Part shown: positions 1-11,737 of the stretch, piece by piece | Layout of the letters: every line of letters starts with the position of its first letter | Position numbering within the stretch: position 1 is the first letter of the stretch | From: Macrostomum lignano | Taxonomy: Eukaryota | NCBI GenBank assembly: GCA_002269645.1 | Contig: NIVC01000838.1 | Span: forward strand, 310,001-374,000 | DNA: 64,000 bases | Direction of reading: 5' to 3' | Notes under the pieces: model-generated | Told to the model about the DNA's origin: nothing | Databases searched by the model: none | What the model saw: only the letters and a program-made list of their open reading frames with translations | Program-made: the position numbers and the translations under genes

Positions 1-32
1 ATTAACCTGCAGTTAATTAACCTGCTTCGTCA

Positions 33-155
33 CACGTGCAGCTCCCGGTGTGCCAGCCAATCAGAGAGCTCGGCTTTCTACTGGCCTTTGGTTTGGCGCT
101 AGCAATGGAGGGCGAGAGGTGCGAACTCGAGAAAGAGGGAAGAAGATTATAAAAG
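33..155 (+). promoter_or_regulatory. Putative promoter of the 96-aa ORF: E-box CACGTG (33-38), CCAAT (57-61), TATAAAAG (148-155)
   Basis: Motifs seen upstream of ATG 237 and mirrored in the right arm. Function is inferred. The AG|GTAAA at 155/156 plus CGCAG| at 227 could alternatively define a 72-nt 5'UTR intron. Confidence 0.4.
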
Positions 156-236
156 GTAAACCCTGCTACCCGTTGATCTACTTGAGATTCGAAAGCCAAA
201 TAAGATAACTAATTAGTCATATCGCAGGTAATCAGC

Positions 237-527
237 ATGGCTTGCAGAAGAATCAGCTTTGATGGCTTCAGGCCCAGCAGCAGCGTGGCGGTGCTGCGGG
301 AGCGACTTCAGAGCTTAGCGTCGGGAACTTCAACGAGTGTTGTGATCGAACTTGGTGAGACTGAGGTGAGCTGCCATCTGCCAGAGTTCTACCATAGACA
401 ACCTCTGCAGCTCAAGAACATCGCGGCTCCTGCTCAGGATTCAACTGGCTGCGTGCTCAGGACCCACTACCCGCTGGCGAAGGAGAACCAGTCAGGTCTG
501 GCACTGGCTGACTCATCAAATCGATAG
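237..527 (+). CDS. 96-aa small protein, copy A; possible divergent ubiquitin-like fold
   Basis: ATG..TAG ORF identical in protein to copy B, with the 3 nucleotide differences all synonymous. Manual alignment to ubiquitin: [21 protein letters not shown] ~ [35 protein letters not shown] ~ NIQKESTLHLVLR. Confidence 0.6.
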   Translation: [96 protein letters not shown]

Positions 528-928
528 ATCATATGAGCCTCTGAACGTTTTGTATTTACGTTTTGTATTTGCATAGAAACTGTTTCGTATATCTTGTATA
601 CTGTGCATGCTTTGTGTTCCAGAGCTCATATTGGGCTGTGATAACTCTTGTGAATAGTTTCATGTACTTTCCATGCTGCATGTACTTTTATGCAAATATT
701 CTTTTAATCTCAAAGTGACAGCAATACAAATTTTATAAATATACTTGCAAAAATGATTTGTCATTTTTAACATAAATTCACATTGACTTAAAAATTTGTT
801 AAATTTTGCCGGCAGTGGTGGAGAAAGTCAGCAATTCGGAGCACAGTGCATTGTACTAAACGTATCAGAGAGAGCTGAATTATTTTATGTATTTGCGCAG
901 GTTCAGCTAACATACAAATTTTCCCTTG

Positions 929-1378
929 ACAGGGAGGCAGGGAGAGACAGGGAGAGACAGGGAGAGACAGGGGGAGATATATAGAGGCAGGGAGCGGAGA
1001 GAGGCAGATTCAAGCACTGAGGGAGAGGCAGATTCAAGCACTGAGGGAGAGGCAGATTCAAGCACTGAGGGAGAGGCAGATTCAAGCACTGAGGGAGGGG
1101 AGAGAGGCAGATTCAAGCACTGAGGGAGCGGAGAGAGGCAGATTCAAGCACTGAGGGAGCGGAGAGAAGCAGATTCTGGCACTGAGGGAGCGGAGAGAGG
1201 CAGATTCAAGCACTGAGGGAGCGGAGAGAGGCAGATTCAAGCACTGAGGGAGCGGAGAGAGGCAGATTCAAGCACTGAGGGAGCGGAGAGAGGCAGATTC
1301 AAGCACTGAGGGAGAGGCAGATTCAAGCACTGAGGGAGAGGCAGATTCAAGCACTGAGGGAGAGGCAGATTCAAGCAC
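929..1378 (+). repeat. Minisatellite: short AGGGAGAGAC run, then 24/31-bp unit GAGGCAGATTCAAGCACTGAGGGA(GCGGAGA)
   Basis: Direct tandem copies visible. Confidence 0.92.
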
Positions 1379-2029
1379 ACACAAGCCTATTCAATGCCAC
1401 GCATATTTGGATTGTCAAAAAAATGTCTTCGGCTTGCAAATTGTGAGTAGTTATTCTGTAAATTTTGAATTTATTGAATTATCATTAGTACAAAAATGCA
1501 CACGGACCTGCGTAGTGCTACTTAAAGTATGATGAAGTAGATATTTCCCAAACGCGGTTGCAGATAAAGTACAATTACTAAAGATCAAAGGCACAGAGAA
1601 TTTACATTCGTACTTAAAAACTAGAGCTTTGGACAGTAAGTAATTACAAATCTGAATATTTAAAATGAAATGCATAAAAGACATGAGTACGATCTCATTT
1701 ATATAAATTTAAAGTACAAAAGTTATTAATTTAAGTCATGTACTACTTGCACTAATAGTTAGTTAGATAAGCAGAGCTTGTCACTCAGTGCGGGCGTCAA
1801 CAATTTGTTAACTGAGGAATCTCAGCCAGCGCCTACTAACAAGTAGCGCATAAAGAATATGTAGCGAATCTCTTACAGTTTGTGTGGAAACTTTTGCACA
1901 GTGAAAATTAAATAAAAACGTTCAATGAGGAATTTCATAAGCCCTAAACTTTATAAAGACTAAACCTTATCCCTAAGTCTAGACTTCACTGAGCTCACAA
2001 ACCATTCAATTCAAAAACACTTCAATTCA

Positions 2030-3860
2030 CAAACTCTAAACTACTTAAACCATAAACTACACAAACCCTAAACTTCACAAAACATAAACTTCACAAACCA
2101 TAAATTTCACAAAACATAAACTTCACAAACCATAAACTTCACAAACCCTAAACTTCACAAACCCTAAAATACACAAACCCTAAACTTCACAAATGCTAAA
2201 CTACAGAAACCATAAACTTCACAAACCTCAAACTACACAAACCATAAACTTCACAACCATAAACTACACAAACCTTAAACTTCACAAACCCTAAACTACA
2301 CAAACCTTAAACTTTACAAACCTTAAACTTTACAAACCATAAACTTCACAAACCCTAAACTTCACAAACCCTAAACTTCACAACCATAAACTACACAAAC
2401 CCTAAACTACACAAACCCTAAACTTCACAAAACATAAACTTCACAAATCATAAACTTCACAAACCCTAAACTACACAAACCCTAAACTTCACAAACCCTA
2501 AACTACACAAACCCTAAACTTCACAAATGCTAAACTACAGAAACCATAAACTTCACAAATGCTAAACTGCAGAAACCATAAACTTCACAAACCTCAAACT
2601 ACACAAACCATAAACTTCACAACCATAAACTACACAAACCTTAAACTTCACACACCATAAACTTCACAAACCCTAAACTACACAAACCATAAACTTCACA
2701 AACCCTAAACTTCACAAACCATAAACTTCACAAACCATAAACTTCACAAACCATAAACTTCACAAACCATAAACTTCACAAACCCTAAACTTCACACACC
2801 ATAAACTTCACAAACCCTAAACTACACAAACCATAAACTTCACAAACCCTAAACTTCACAAACCATAAACTTCACAAACCATAAACTTCACAAACCATAA
2901 ACTTCACAAACCATAAACTTCACAAACCCTAAACTTCACAAACCATAAACTTCACAAACCATAAACTACACAAACCTCAAACTACACAAACCCTAAACTT
3001 CACAAATGCTAAACTACAGAAACCATAAACTTCACAAACCTCAAACTACACAAACCATAAACTTCACAACCATAAACTACACAAACCTTAAACTTCACAC
3101 ACCATAAACTTCACAAACCCTAAACTACACAAACCATAAACTTCACAAACCCTAAACTTCACAAACCATAAACTTCACAAACCATAAACTTCACAAACCA
3201 TAAACTTCACAAACCCTAAACTTCACACACCATAAACTTCACAAACCCTAAACTACACAAACCATAAACTTCACAAACCCTAAACTTCACAAACCATAAA
3301 CTTCACAAACCATAAACTTCACAAACCATAAACTTCACAAACCATAAACTTCACAAACCCTAAACTTCACAAACCATAAACTTCACAAACCATAAACTTC
3401 ACAAACCCTAAACTTCACACACCATAAACTTCACAAACCCTAAACTACACAAACCATAAACTTCACAAACCCTAAACTTCACAAACCATAAACTTCACAA
3501 ACCATAAACTTCACAAACCATAAACTTCACAAACCATAAACTTCACAAACCCTAAACTTCACAAACCATAAACTTCACAAACCATAAACTACACAAACCT
3601 CAAACTACACAAACCTTAAACTTCACAAACCATAAGCTTCACAAACCATAAGCTTCACAAACCATAAACTTCACAAACCCTAAACTTCACAAACCCTAAA
3701 CTTCACAAACCATAAACTTCACAAACCATAAACTACACAAACCTCAAACTACACAAACCTTAAACTTCACAAACCATAAGCTTCACAAACCATAAGCTTC
3801 ACAAACCATAAACTTCACAAACCCTAAACTTCACAAACCATAAGCTTCACGAACCCTAAA
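2030..3860 (+). repeat. 16-bp minisatellite AAACC(C/A)TAAACTTCAC, telomere-like (contains CCCTAAA)
   Basis: Long tandem array. The same family is on the opposite strand at 40138-41345. Confidence 0.96.
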
Positions 3861-3965
3861 ACATCAATCCAGTTTTGAGTTTGTTATACGATAATTAAGT
3901 TTACAATCCTGCCCAATAGCCAAATTTGAGCCTGACAATTATTAGAAGGCCGAAAGCTTCCAGAA

Positions 3966-4703
3966 TCACCGAACAGTCAGCGCCCTGTCCAAGAAGCTCT
4001 GCAGCCGGTCAAGCCGGGCGTCAATCTGCAGCACGTCTTCTTCAACGCCGCCCAGACCGGGCCCGCTGGACGCCGGCTGCAGCGGCTTCTTCGACTTCGC
4101 CTTCTTCGCTGACGAAGCCGCGGACCTTTGCGGTCGCCTTCTGTCGTCGTCGGCGCTTGTCGGCCGCCGCTGCCGGCGCTCCGTCACGTAGGCTGTCGGA
4201 TCGAAGCGCGGAGTGCAGCGCCGCGGAGTCGACACTCGCGAGGCGACAGGGGACGCGTTTGCGGAGACAGCCGCCGGACCGTGCACCCGAGCCCGCTTGT
4301 GCAGCGCCAGCTCCCGCAGCACCTGACTCAGCCGGAGCTGCAGCATCCGCTCCATGGCTCGGAGCTCGCGCGCCTCCGACTGCAGCTTCTTCATCGCCGA
4401 CGAGGACGCGTTGCCGACGGCTCCGCGTGGCGAGGCCGACGCGGTCACGGAGCTTTGCAGCTCGGCTTCCAGGCCGCGGGCCGCCTCCCGCATCGCCGCA
4501 ACCTCGAGGCGCAGCTGCGCCGCCGAACTGGCAGCTGGGCGCAGTTGGGCGTTCTCGCGACGCAGCCTGGCGTTCTCCTGCTCCAGCTGGCGGGCCGCCT
4601 GCCGCAGCCCTGCGGCATCCAGCATCCGATCTTCATCGTCAGCGTCGGTCTCGGTCCGGGCGCTGTCGGAGCGCTGGCGATTCAGCGGCAGGCGACATTC
4701 GAT
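3966..4703 (-). CDS. CCDC61: CCDC61/VFL3-like centrosomal coiled-coil protein, exon 2 (last)
   Basis: Acceptor TTTGATCAG|ATC, phase 0. Encodes IECRLPL, a coiled coil, ELALHKR, RFDPTAYV and IDARLDRLQSFL, matching recalled CCDC61 motifs IHYPLPL, ELALYKR, RFDPTAFV and IDARLKALQEYM. Confidence 0.88.
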   Translation of the reverse strand: MECRLPLNRQRSDSARTETDADDEDRMLDAAGLRQAARQLEQENARLRRENAQLRPAASSAAQLRLEVAAMREAARGLEAELQSSVTASASPRGAVGNASSSAMKKLQSEARELRAMERMLQLRLSQVLRELALHKRARVHGPAAVSANASPVASRVSTPRRCTPRFDPTAYVTERRQRRPTSADDDRRRPQRSAASSAKKAKSKKPLQPASSGPGLGGVEEDVLQIDARLDRLQSFLDRALTVR

Positions 4704-4805
4704 CTGATCAAAGATTGGAGTTGCTCGTACAACTTAGCTCATGTATTTTGGCACAATAGATACTACTTATATCAGTAGCTAAAGTTTCAAGGGGGCTTTT
4801 GGCAC

Positions 4806-6619
4806 TATAACAGTTTTTATTCCTGCTATCTTCTGCTCACAAGTCAGAAAGAATTTCTAACACACTGGCCTCTGAGGGCCCTGTTATGAGTGTGAGGCTC
4901 ACATCTCCGAATCTCTCTCTGTGCCGCAAATTATTCAAGACAGTGTATTTTATAGTCAAGCAAGCAAACTGGTTTAGTTGACAAAATGAAGAGCAATGCA
5001 TAGTTTGAGCGGGGCAGGGTTATCGCTCGAGCATTTTTCTCTGTCCCGTTGTTAGGCAACCATATCACCCCCCCCAAGCATTGCTGCGAGTCTACTGTGT
5101 CACGCGTTCGCAGGCTGCTGGCTTGGCCTTCGAACCTCAGCTTTGTTATCTGCCCTTTAGTGTAGAGCTGGTCTGGCTGGATAGAACCGGTTGAGACGAG
5201 AGGAGGCCGTTGTTTTTTCGCTTCGATGTAAGCACAATTCCAGTGCTTACATATCTTCCCCTTTTTGGAGACTGACACTCGTGTCAGTCTGACACGAAAG
5301 TGTTGCTTCTCGATGTGACTTCGTCCTTGTAATAAGCAGTTTCATACTTGAATTCGTCACTAGTTGTTCTGGCTGAGCTAGTTAGTCGGCTGATTGGTTG
5401 TGCGTCGTAGTTGAGTCGGTTTGGGCGGGGTGCGTTTGTCAGAAGTTACAAACCAGCAAGTCCCTTATGTTTGCAGTACAGTTTGAGTTTGTGTTTTTCA
5501 TGGGGCTCTTTTACCCCGAAGTAGTCGTCAGTAGTTACTCAATTTTGAATTCGCGGATATCTTGATATACTGTTGCTGCAGAACTCCATCAGGCTTGCCT
5601 GGTTGCACGTCCAGTGTCGCAATCTGGCAGTGTTACTAATTGAGTTTAAATTCTCACTTGTTCAATTGATCCGTTTTGTACGCCAAGTCGTAGGCCAAAA
5701 ATTCGAAGAAATGACTGCCAAATGTTTTATTCGATCCAAAGTTGTGCCTTGACCGACTTAAGCACTACATGCATAGAAGATAAATAGGTTTTGTACCGAT
5801 ATCTCTTGGATTGCCATTTAACGCATCGAGTAGAGCGGCGGCTGCACATTTGTAACGGCTTGGTGCGTCACAGTTGCGTCTTAATGTCGTCAAGCATACC
5901 ACGTCGATAATTGTCTCTTGGCTCTCTGGAGAATCTCGGTTAATTGAGGACGAATTAGTTATGTTGGGCCTCCGATTTCCGATGATGTTGAAACACGTTG
6001 CAACTTGCTCTTCTTGCTTGCTTGATGAGATGAATCGTTGACTTTACACTGACCTTGATCGAGCACGTTCTTTCTGACCTGTGGCAGGATGATGTTGTCT
6101 AGCGATGGAGAAGGCTTGTTGCACTCACCCCAGTCAAGTTGGCGGAACTGGGTGACTCACTCTCAGGGAACCAGATATAACAGTTTTTTCCTGTTATCTT
6201 CTGCTCACAAGTCAGAAAGAATTTCTAACACACTGGCCTCTGAGGGCCCTGTTATGAGTGTGAGGCTCACATCTCCGAATCTCTCTCTGTGCCGCAAATT
6301 ATTCAAGACAGTGTATTTTATAGTCAAGCAAGCAAACTGGTTTAGTTGACAAAATGAAGAGCAATGCATAGTTTGAGCGGGGCAGGGTTATCGCTCGAGC
6401 ATTTTTCTCTGTCCCGTTGTTAGGCAACCATATCACCCCCCCCAAGCATTGCTGCGAGTCTACTGTGTCACGCGTTCGCAGGCTGCTGGCTTGGCCTTCG
6501 AACCTCAGCTTTGTTATCTGCCCTTTAGTGTAGAGCTGGTCTGGCTGGATAGAACCGGTTGAGACGAGAGGAGGCCGTTGTTTTTTCGCTTCGATGTAAG
6601 CACAATTCCAGTGCTTACA
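4806..6619 (-). mobile_element. Non-autonomous LTR retroelement (TRIM/LARD-like), 1814 bp, in the CCDC61 intron
   Basis: LTRs 6176-6619 (5') and 4806-5251 (3'), identical except near one end; TSD GGCAC (4801-4805, 6620-6624); PBS TGGTTCCCTGA (6173-6163); PPT AAAAAGGGGAAGA before the 3' LTR; no long internal ORF. Confidence 0.93.
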
Positions 6620-7012
6620 GGCACCGCCGCAAATTATGGCGATAGTCCACACGCGAAGCCAGAAAAGAGACAAGCAGTCATGGACCACTCAAAAATGGTG
6701 CAATTATTTAAGAGGCCGATTTCCTGGAAAAAATACGAGCTACACTGCAGAAAAAAGGAGAAATCAGTTTTTCATCACATGCCCCAGATCAAATGCGATA
6801 ATTGATTTGTGATAGGAAAATCCACATACTAAATCTTTTTCTAAGCTCCACAGTGCATTTTTCCAGGAAATTGGCCTCCAAAAATTGCACGATCTTTGAG
6901 TTTTACGTGCTGTTATACTACAGTGGTACTTGGGCCAATCATTGTACACGAGCCCCAAATTTGCACAGAAGCAAACCCTGGGACTACCGAATTCTACTGA
7001 AGATCTTCATAC

Positions 7013-7357
7013 CTGTTCGAAGCGAGTTCTATAGGTGAGCACCAGGTGCTGCAGATCAGGGTGCTCTATAGTCGGCTTGTCTAGATGAAGCCGCAGGTCG
7101 CTGGATGGCCGGTTTCGCTCAGCGATGGCGGCTTTGAGCATCTGCAGGAATGCGCTGTAGGGCCGGCCTGGAAGCAGCTTGGCAACTAAATCCGAGCTGT
7201 AGTGCCCAGTCCAGGACTCACCTGTCTTTGGCCAGACAAGACTGAGATCAATGCTATCTGACTGGCTGGAATCAACTGTGGCCATGGCCATTTGGCCATT
7301 CAAGCAGATGGGAACTGTCTGCAGTGAATGCTGCGGCACCTGATGCTGCTGCTGCAT
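7013..7357 (-). CDS. CCDC61: CCDC61/VFL3-like, exon 1 (N-terminal head domain)
   Basis: ATG 7357. DLSLVWPKTGESWTGHY..AFLQMLKAAI..HLVLTYRTRFEQ resembles ELEVEDRMTADQWRGEF..IFCHMLESAL..YLILIYSVEFDR. Donor CAG|GTATGA, phase 0. Spliced CDS is 1083 nt (360 aa). Confidence 0.85.
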
Positions 7358-7852
7358 CCTACTGGCAGATGCCTTGGAGCGCCTTGGAGTTGGCTGCGAA
7401 TTTAAGTTGACAGCAAGGCAATAGTTTGTAAACTATGAGCCTACAATTAAAAGCCAGGTAGGTGTAAGTTCAATAAGGTAAATGTGAAAACCAAAAATAT
7501 ATTTCGTTAAACCAAAGTTATAATAGGAGCAAAAGATTTATATAATGCCAATGAAATTTGTTTAGCTTAAAATAATATGAAAAGCAAGGAGCAATAATAA
7601 AGAAATTCAAGATTAAATAAATTTATATTGAATTTTAAAAAAGGTAGACCTAAACCTTTACTTATAAATAGCAGACATTGATATGAATAATAATTAGAAA
7701 ACAGTGGATTCCATCTAAATATACCATGGTTTTATATTTACTGAAGAACTATAATAGCCACTCCAATCAAATCGAAAGTACTATATTTAGAAGTTCTTCT
7801 ATCCATATGAAGGGTGTTAATGGAGCAAGAGAACTGTTCACATAGCCTGTGC

Positions 7853-8048
7853 CAGGGGCATAGCCAGGAATTTCCTATGGGGGGGGGATACACCAAGGTG
7901 AATTTTCTATGGGGGGGGATACACCAAGGTAGAAGTGCTATGACAGAGTCACATGGTAGCATGAATAGCAACAAAGGGCAACAAAAAAGTTTTGGTCAGG
8001 CTCTTTGGGGGGATACACCCCCCCCCTATCCCCCTCCCTACACCCCTA
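7853..8048. mobile_element. Degenerate hAT-type MITE (~196 bp)
   Basis: Imperfect TIR CAGGGGCATAG / CTACACCCCTA; flanking 8-mers GCCTGTGC / GCCTGTGG (7/8 match); internal G-run duplication. Confidence 0.6.
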
Positions 8049-9478
8049 GCCTGTGGTAGTCTAGAAAACTAAGTTTACAATAAATAAGTAGAGAAATGAC
8101 AGCTGTGCCACGACACATGATGTATATTCAAGCTCATCGTTTTCGTTAATATTTTTCATTCAGAAAATCAGAGTCAGAAGTACGAAAATTTGATAGTTAG
8201 GTCTACAATTCTTACTGCTATGGAATTAGAAAAACAAAACAAATTGTATAAATAATAAAATTACAAAACTATTTTGTTCAACCCAAAATTTGAGTCTATT
8301 AAGTATACAAGTGAAATTTTTATACTACCATAAAATGCTTGAAGTTGAAGTACAAAGCAAACCATGCTGGAGTGGTTACTTGTTGCCAGTCCAGTTGTAG
8401 TTAGGCCTACTAAATAATCACAAGGTAGTGAAGGGAGGCAGAAAGCTTTCACTTTTTTTACAGATCAACAAATCGATCACTAAGTACAAATTTTTAAATA
8501 CTTTTCGAGCTGTCGGTTCGTGACTTGTAAGGGTTATGTGGTTATATTTTTATAATGTTGTTTGGCTGACCATGGTGAAGTAAAATTGAAAAACATTTTG
8601 TGTCAAATTGGTTCGAAAAAAAAGCTTCCTTAATTATCGTAGCATAACGAGGTAATCTGAACTGTCAAACAATTTATGTATATCATTAATTTTGAATTCG
8701 TAACTTTTAAAATGTTTCTGATCAAGTAAATTTCGAAATTGAAAACTTTTTTACATGGAAAAAAATTCTAAATACGAATTTCAATTCAGGGTCCATCCAG
8801 ATCCACAGAAGAACTACTTTTGTTGTTTAGCAGAGCTAGAGCAGCTAGCTAGGCGGCCTAGGCCTAAGGGCTTATCGAACCGAGGTAGGTGATTAACTGA
8901 CTGACTGCCCGGTTGGGTCAGATTACATTAAATGCAGTCCTAAACAGTGTAATAAGCAATGCTTTTTTATCTGTCATCTACACCATAACGGCATAACCTT
9001 GTCTTCTGTCTCTGACCATACCACAGTCCACGATACCAAAAACGGGCGTAGCCAAGGGGGTCATCATGGGGGTCATGACCCCCCCCAGCCGGCTGATCCA
9101 GGCCAAATTTTCAACACCCCCTCCCCCGTTGCCCTGCCCCGGCCCCGCCCTATCAGTGACTGACTATAGTGTCATTAGCATTAGCCCTTTTGAGTCTGAC
9201 CCTCCTCTTTCCTCTGTTGACAAGTTCAGGTCTATCTATACTAGGCCTAATTGTTGCATTACTGAATTATTATTACTATTACTGCCAGAGCCAGTCTGCC
9301 ATCTCTATAGGCCCTAGCCCTAGTCTATAACATAGTGTACACTGACACTGTCTATATCTCTGATTAGTGATTGGTACTAGCCATTATATGAATTTATTAT
9401 GGATATGATTATGTATGATTAATTGTATTTATATTAAATTATAACATATATATTTCTTGACTTTACCTATGGCTCTAT

Positions 9479-9678
9479 CAGGGGTAGTGGAGCCTAATAT
9501 TTTAGGGTAGGGGGCACTGGGCATAGGGCAAGAAGGGCATAGTTACCTTTATGGCTTTATAAGCTATTAATTAGGGCCTAAAATCAGAAAAAAGCACTAA
9601 AAATTACCACATAGACTCATTTTCTTAGGGGGGGGGGCATGTGTCCCCAGTGCCGCAAGCAAGCTCCCACCACCCATG
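9479..9678. mobile_element. Degenerate MITE (~200 bp)
   Basis: TIR CAGGGGTAGTGGAGC / GCTCCCACCACCCATG; flanks GGCTCTAT / GGCTAATA match only partly. Confidence 0.45.
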
Positions 9679-10189
9679 GGCTAATATTAATATCACAAGT
9701 AGCCCTCCCTTTATTAATATTTATGTGAGTTCTAGCTAGAAATATAAAATAATTTTATTTTACTTTCTATATAGCTTAACTTAGCCATTCTACAATCTAC
9801 TTATTTTTTGTATTTTGTAGATTTTGACAATAGGCCTATAAAAATAAAACTCAAGCTAATAATAAGGCCAAAGCCAAGGAATAAAGAATGTTTAAGTAGA
9901 AGGATAGAAAACTATATGTCATAGGGGTATTCCCGTACGGTACAAAATCCTACCGCTGTAACCAAAGTTGTGACAGGGCTGATTCCTCTGTCTAGAAATC
10001 TCAGCCACTGATACCAAAGTTGTTGCAGGGCTTACTTTTGTCCCTACAAATTATCCCTCTATTGCCACCAAGTTGTAACAGGGGTTATTTCTGTTTGCCA
10101 ACTATAGTTATCCTGATTATACTTGTTTTTACTCCCTAACTATTTCTTAGAATTTCATTTAAATATTTCTGGGTAGCATTCTTAGTAGC

Positions 10190-10290
10190 GTTTCTGGTAG
10201 CGTTCTGGTAGCTTATGGCCTGCTTTCTGGTAGCGTTCTGGTAGCTTATGGCCTGCTTTCTGGTAGTGTTCTGGTAGTTTATGGCCTGAG
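10190..10290 (+). repeat. ~38-bp unit, about 3 copies (TTCTGGTAGCGTTCTGGTAGCTTATGGCCTG)
   Basis: Direct copies visible. Confidence 0.8.
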
Positions 10291-11737
10291 CGGTCTAGTA
10301 CTGGTATATGTATTGGTGAATAGTCCTAATCGGGCGTTACTGAGACTAGAGGGTCACGGCCCCTCTCTTAGTATATCTCCAAGAATTAGTCCCAATTCCC
10401 TTCTCTTAGCAAATTTCTTAGAATCGTTTCATAGGTTTTGCAAATGAATAAGTCGCTATTTAGCTCAAAGACTTTGAAATGATTTAGATTGAACTGCTTA
10501 TTCTGTTCGCAATTATTTGCTCACGGGTAAAAGACAGTTAGAGTATATTTGTCGCAAAACCGCTCCTATATATAGTGATTTCCCCCCCCCATACGATTAA
10601 AACAAAAAAATAATTCTCCAATTTATTTCGCGCATTAAAACAAACTATTATTTGGCGTTCGCGTAGATTCAGTTTCCAAGAAAGATTCGAATATACAGTT
10701 ATTACATTGAAAGAACATTCGAGTATACTATTATAAAGGCATAGCACTAGTACATATATTTCTTAGAGTTTCTTAGAAAAATGTTTTAAAATAAACATTT
10801 TTGAAATAAAAAATGAAGTTAAGCCTAATGTTTTTTTAATTTAAAATAGAAAAAATATGAGATTATTAGATATTGAACATTTTTATATAATAGTACTATA
10901 AAAAAATAGCAGTAGGCAAAAAATGGTTAAGTAGAATTTGAGCTATAAGGCAAGTATAGCTATGTATCCTTTATTGCAAAGATCCTTTGAATTTTAATTT
11001 CATGCAATAACTAGATTTCTTTAAGAATACTTTGTAGTTCCATTATTATGGCTCTTCTAATGGCTTTTACATTAAGAACATGAGTTCTTTTGAGTATCTC
11101 TGAGTTTAAAGAATAAAAAATATAGAACTAGGTTAGGCAAATTTAAAGGCTATTTTAAGTATAACAATATTATTGTTTGCAAGATACTACTTAAAATTTC
11201 TATATTGTATAGTAGCATGTTGATAGAACTATAAGTGTATCTTTTAAAAAATCTTATTTAGAAAGAAACAGTAAATGCAAGATCTTTTTGTTTATATGCT
11301 AATTGATAGTCTATCTTTGAACTAAAAACTTTATATGTATAATATCCCTTATATCAAATAAAACAATGAGCATTAAGCTTCACTTATGACTTCTATTGCC
11401 ATGTCTTTATTGGTCTTTGTAATCCTGGTTGCATCTATTCAAGGCTTTAGGGAATAGTAAATTAGTAATATTACTATTTTAAAGTAGCCTTTATATTTGC
11501 CTAACCAAACCTATCTCTATGTATTTTTTTAAGCTTAAGTCAAGGTGCTTGAAGCAACTAATTTTCTTGATATAGAAGCCATCAAGAAAGCCACAATAAT
11601 GGAGCCCTAGAATATTTCTGAAGAAGCCTAGTACCATTTGGAGGCATTGTGCAAAAAGATAGCTAAGTGTATTCAACTCATGGGAGAGTATTTTAATAGG
11701 GCAGCTCAGATTCTACTCAGATTTTCAATTCAAGTTG

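Larger units (their letters stand above)
1..800. repeat. Left arm of an ~800 bp inverted duplication (partner ~11738-12537; position i pairs with 12538-i); may extend beyond the window start
   Basis: Base-by-base reverse-complement comparison: 1-236 identical, 3 substitutions in 237-527, about 7 substitutions in 528-800; similarity lost near 800-806. Confidence 0.97.

Noticed and set aside
105-155. Coding upstream exon for the 96-aa protein (ATG 105, donor 155/156)
   Set aside because: In frame with the 228 acceptor but interrupted by TAA at 150-152 in both copies.
17-199. 60-aa ORF duplicated at 12339-12521
   Set aside because: Non-ATG start, overlaps the promoter motifs, and no sequence differences are available to test selection.
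3926-4778. Plus-strand 277-aa and 216-aa ORFs
   Set aside because: Antisense shadows of the GC-rich CCDC61 exon.
4931-6688. 115-aa and 129-aa ORFs in the LTRs
   Set aside because: They cross LTR boundaries and show no gag/pol motifs; duplicated only because the LTR is.
10300-11730. Decayed transposase/helicase (PFGGIV near 11630; stop-rich AT tract)
   Set aside because: Only a short motif match among many stops; no family can be supported without a profile search.
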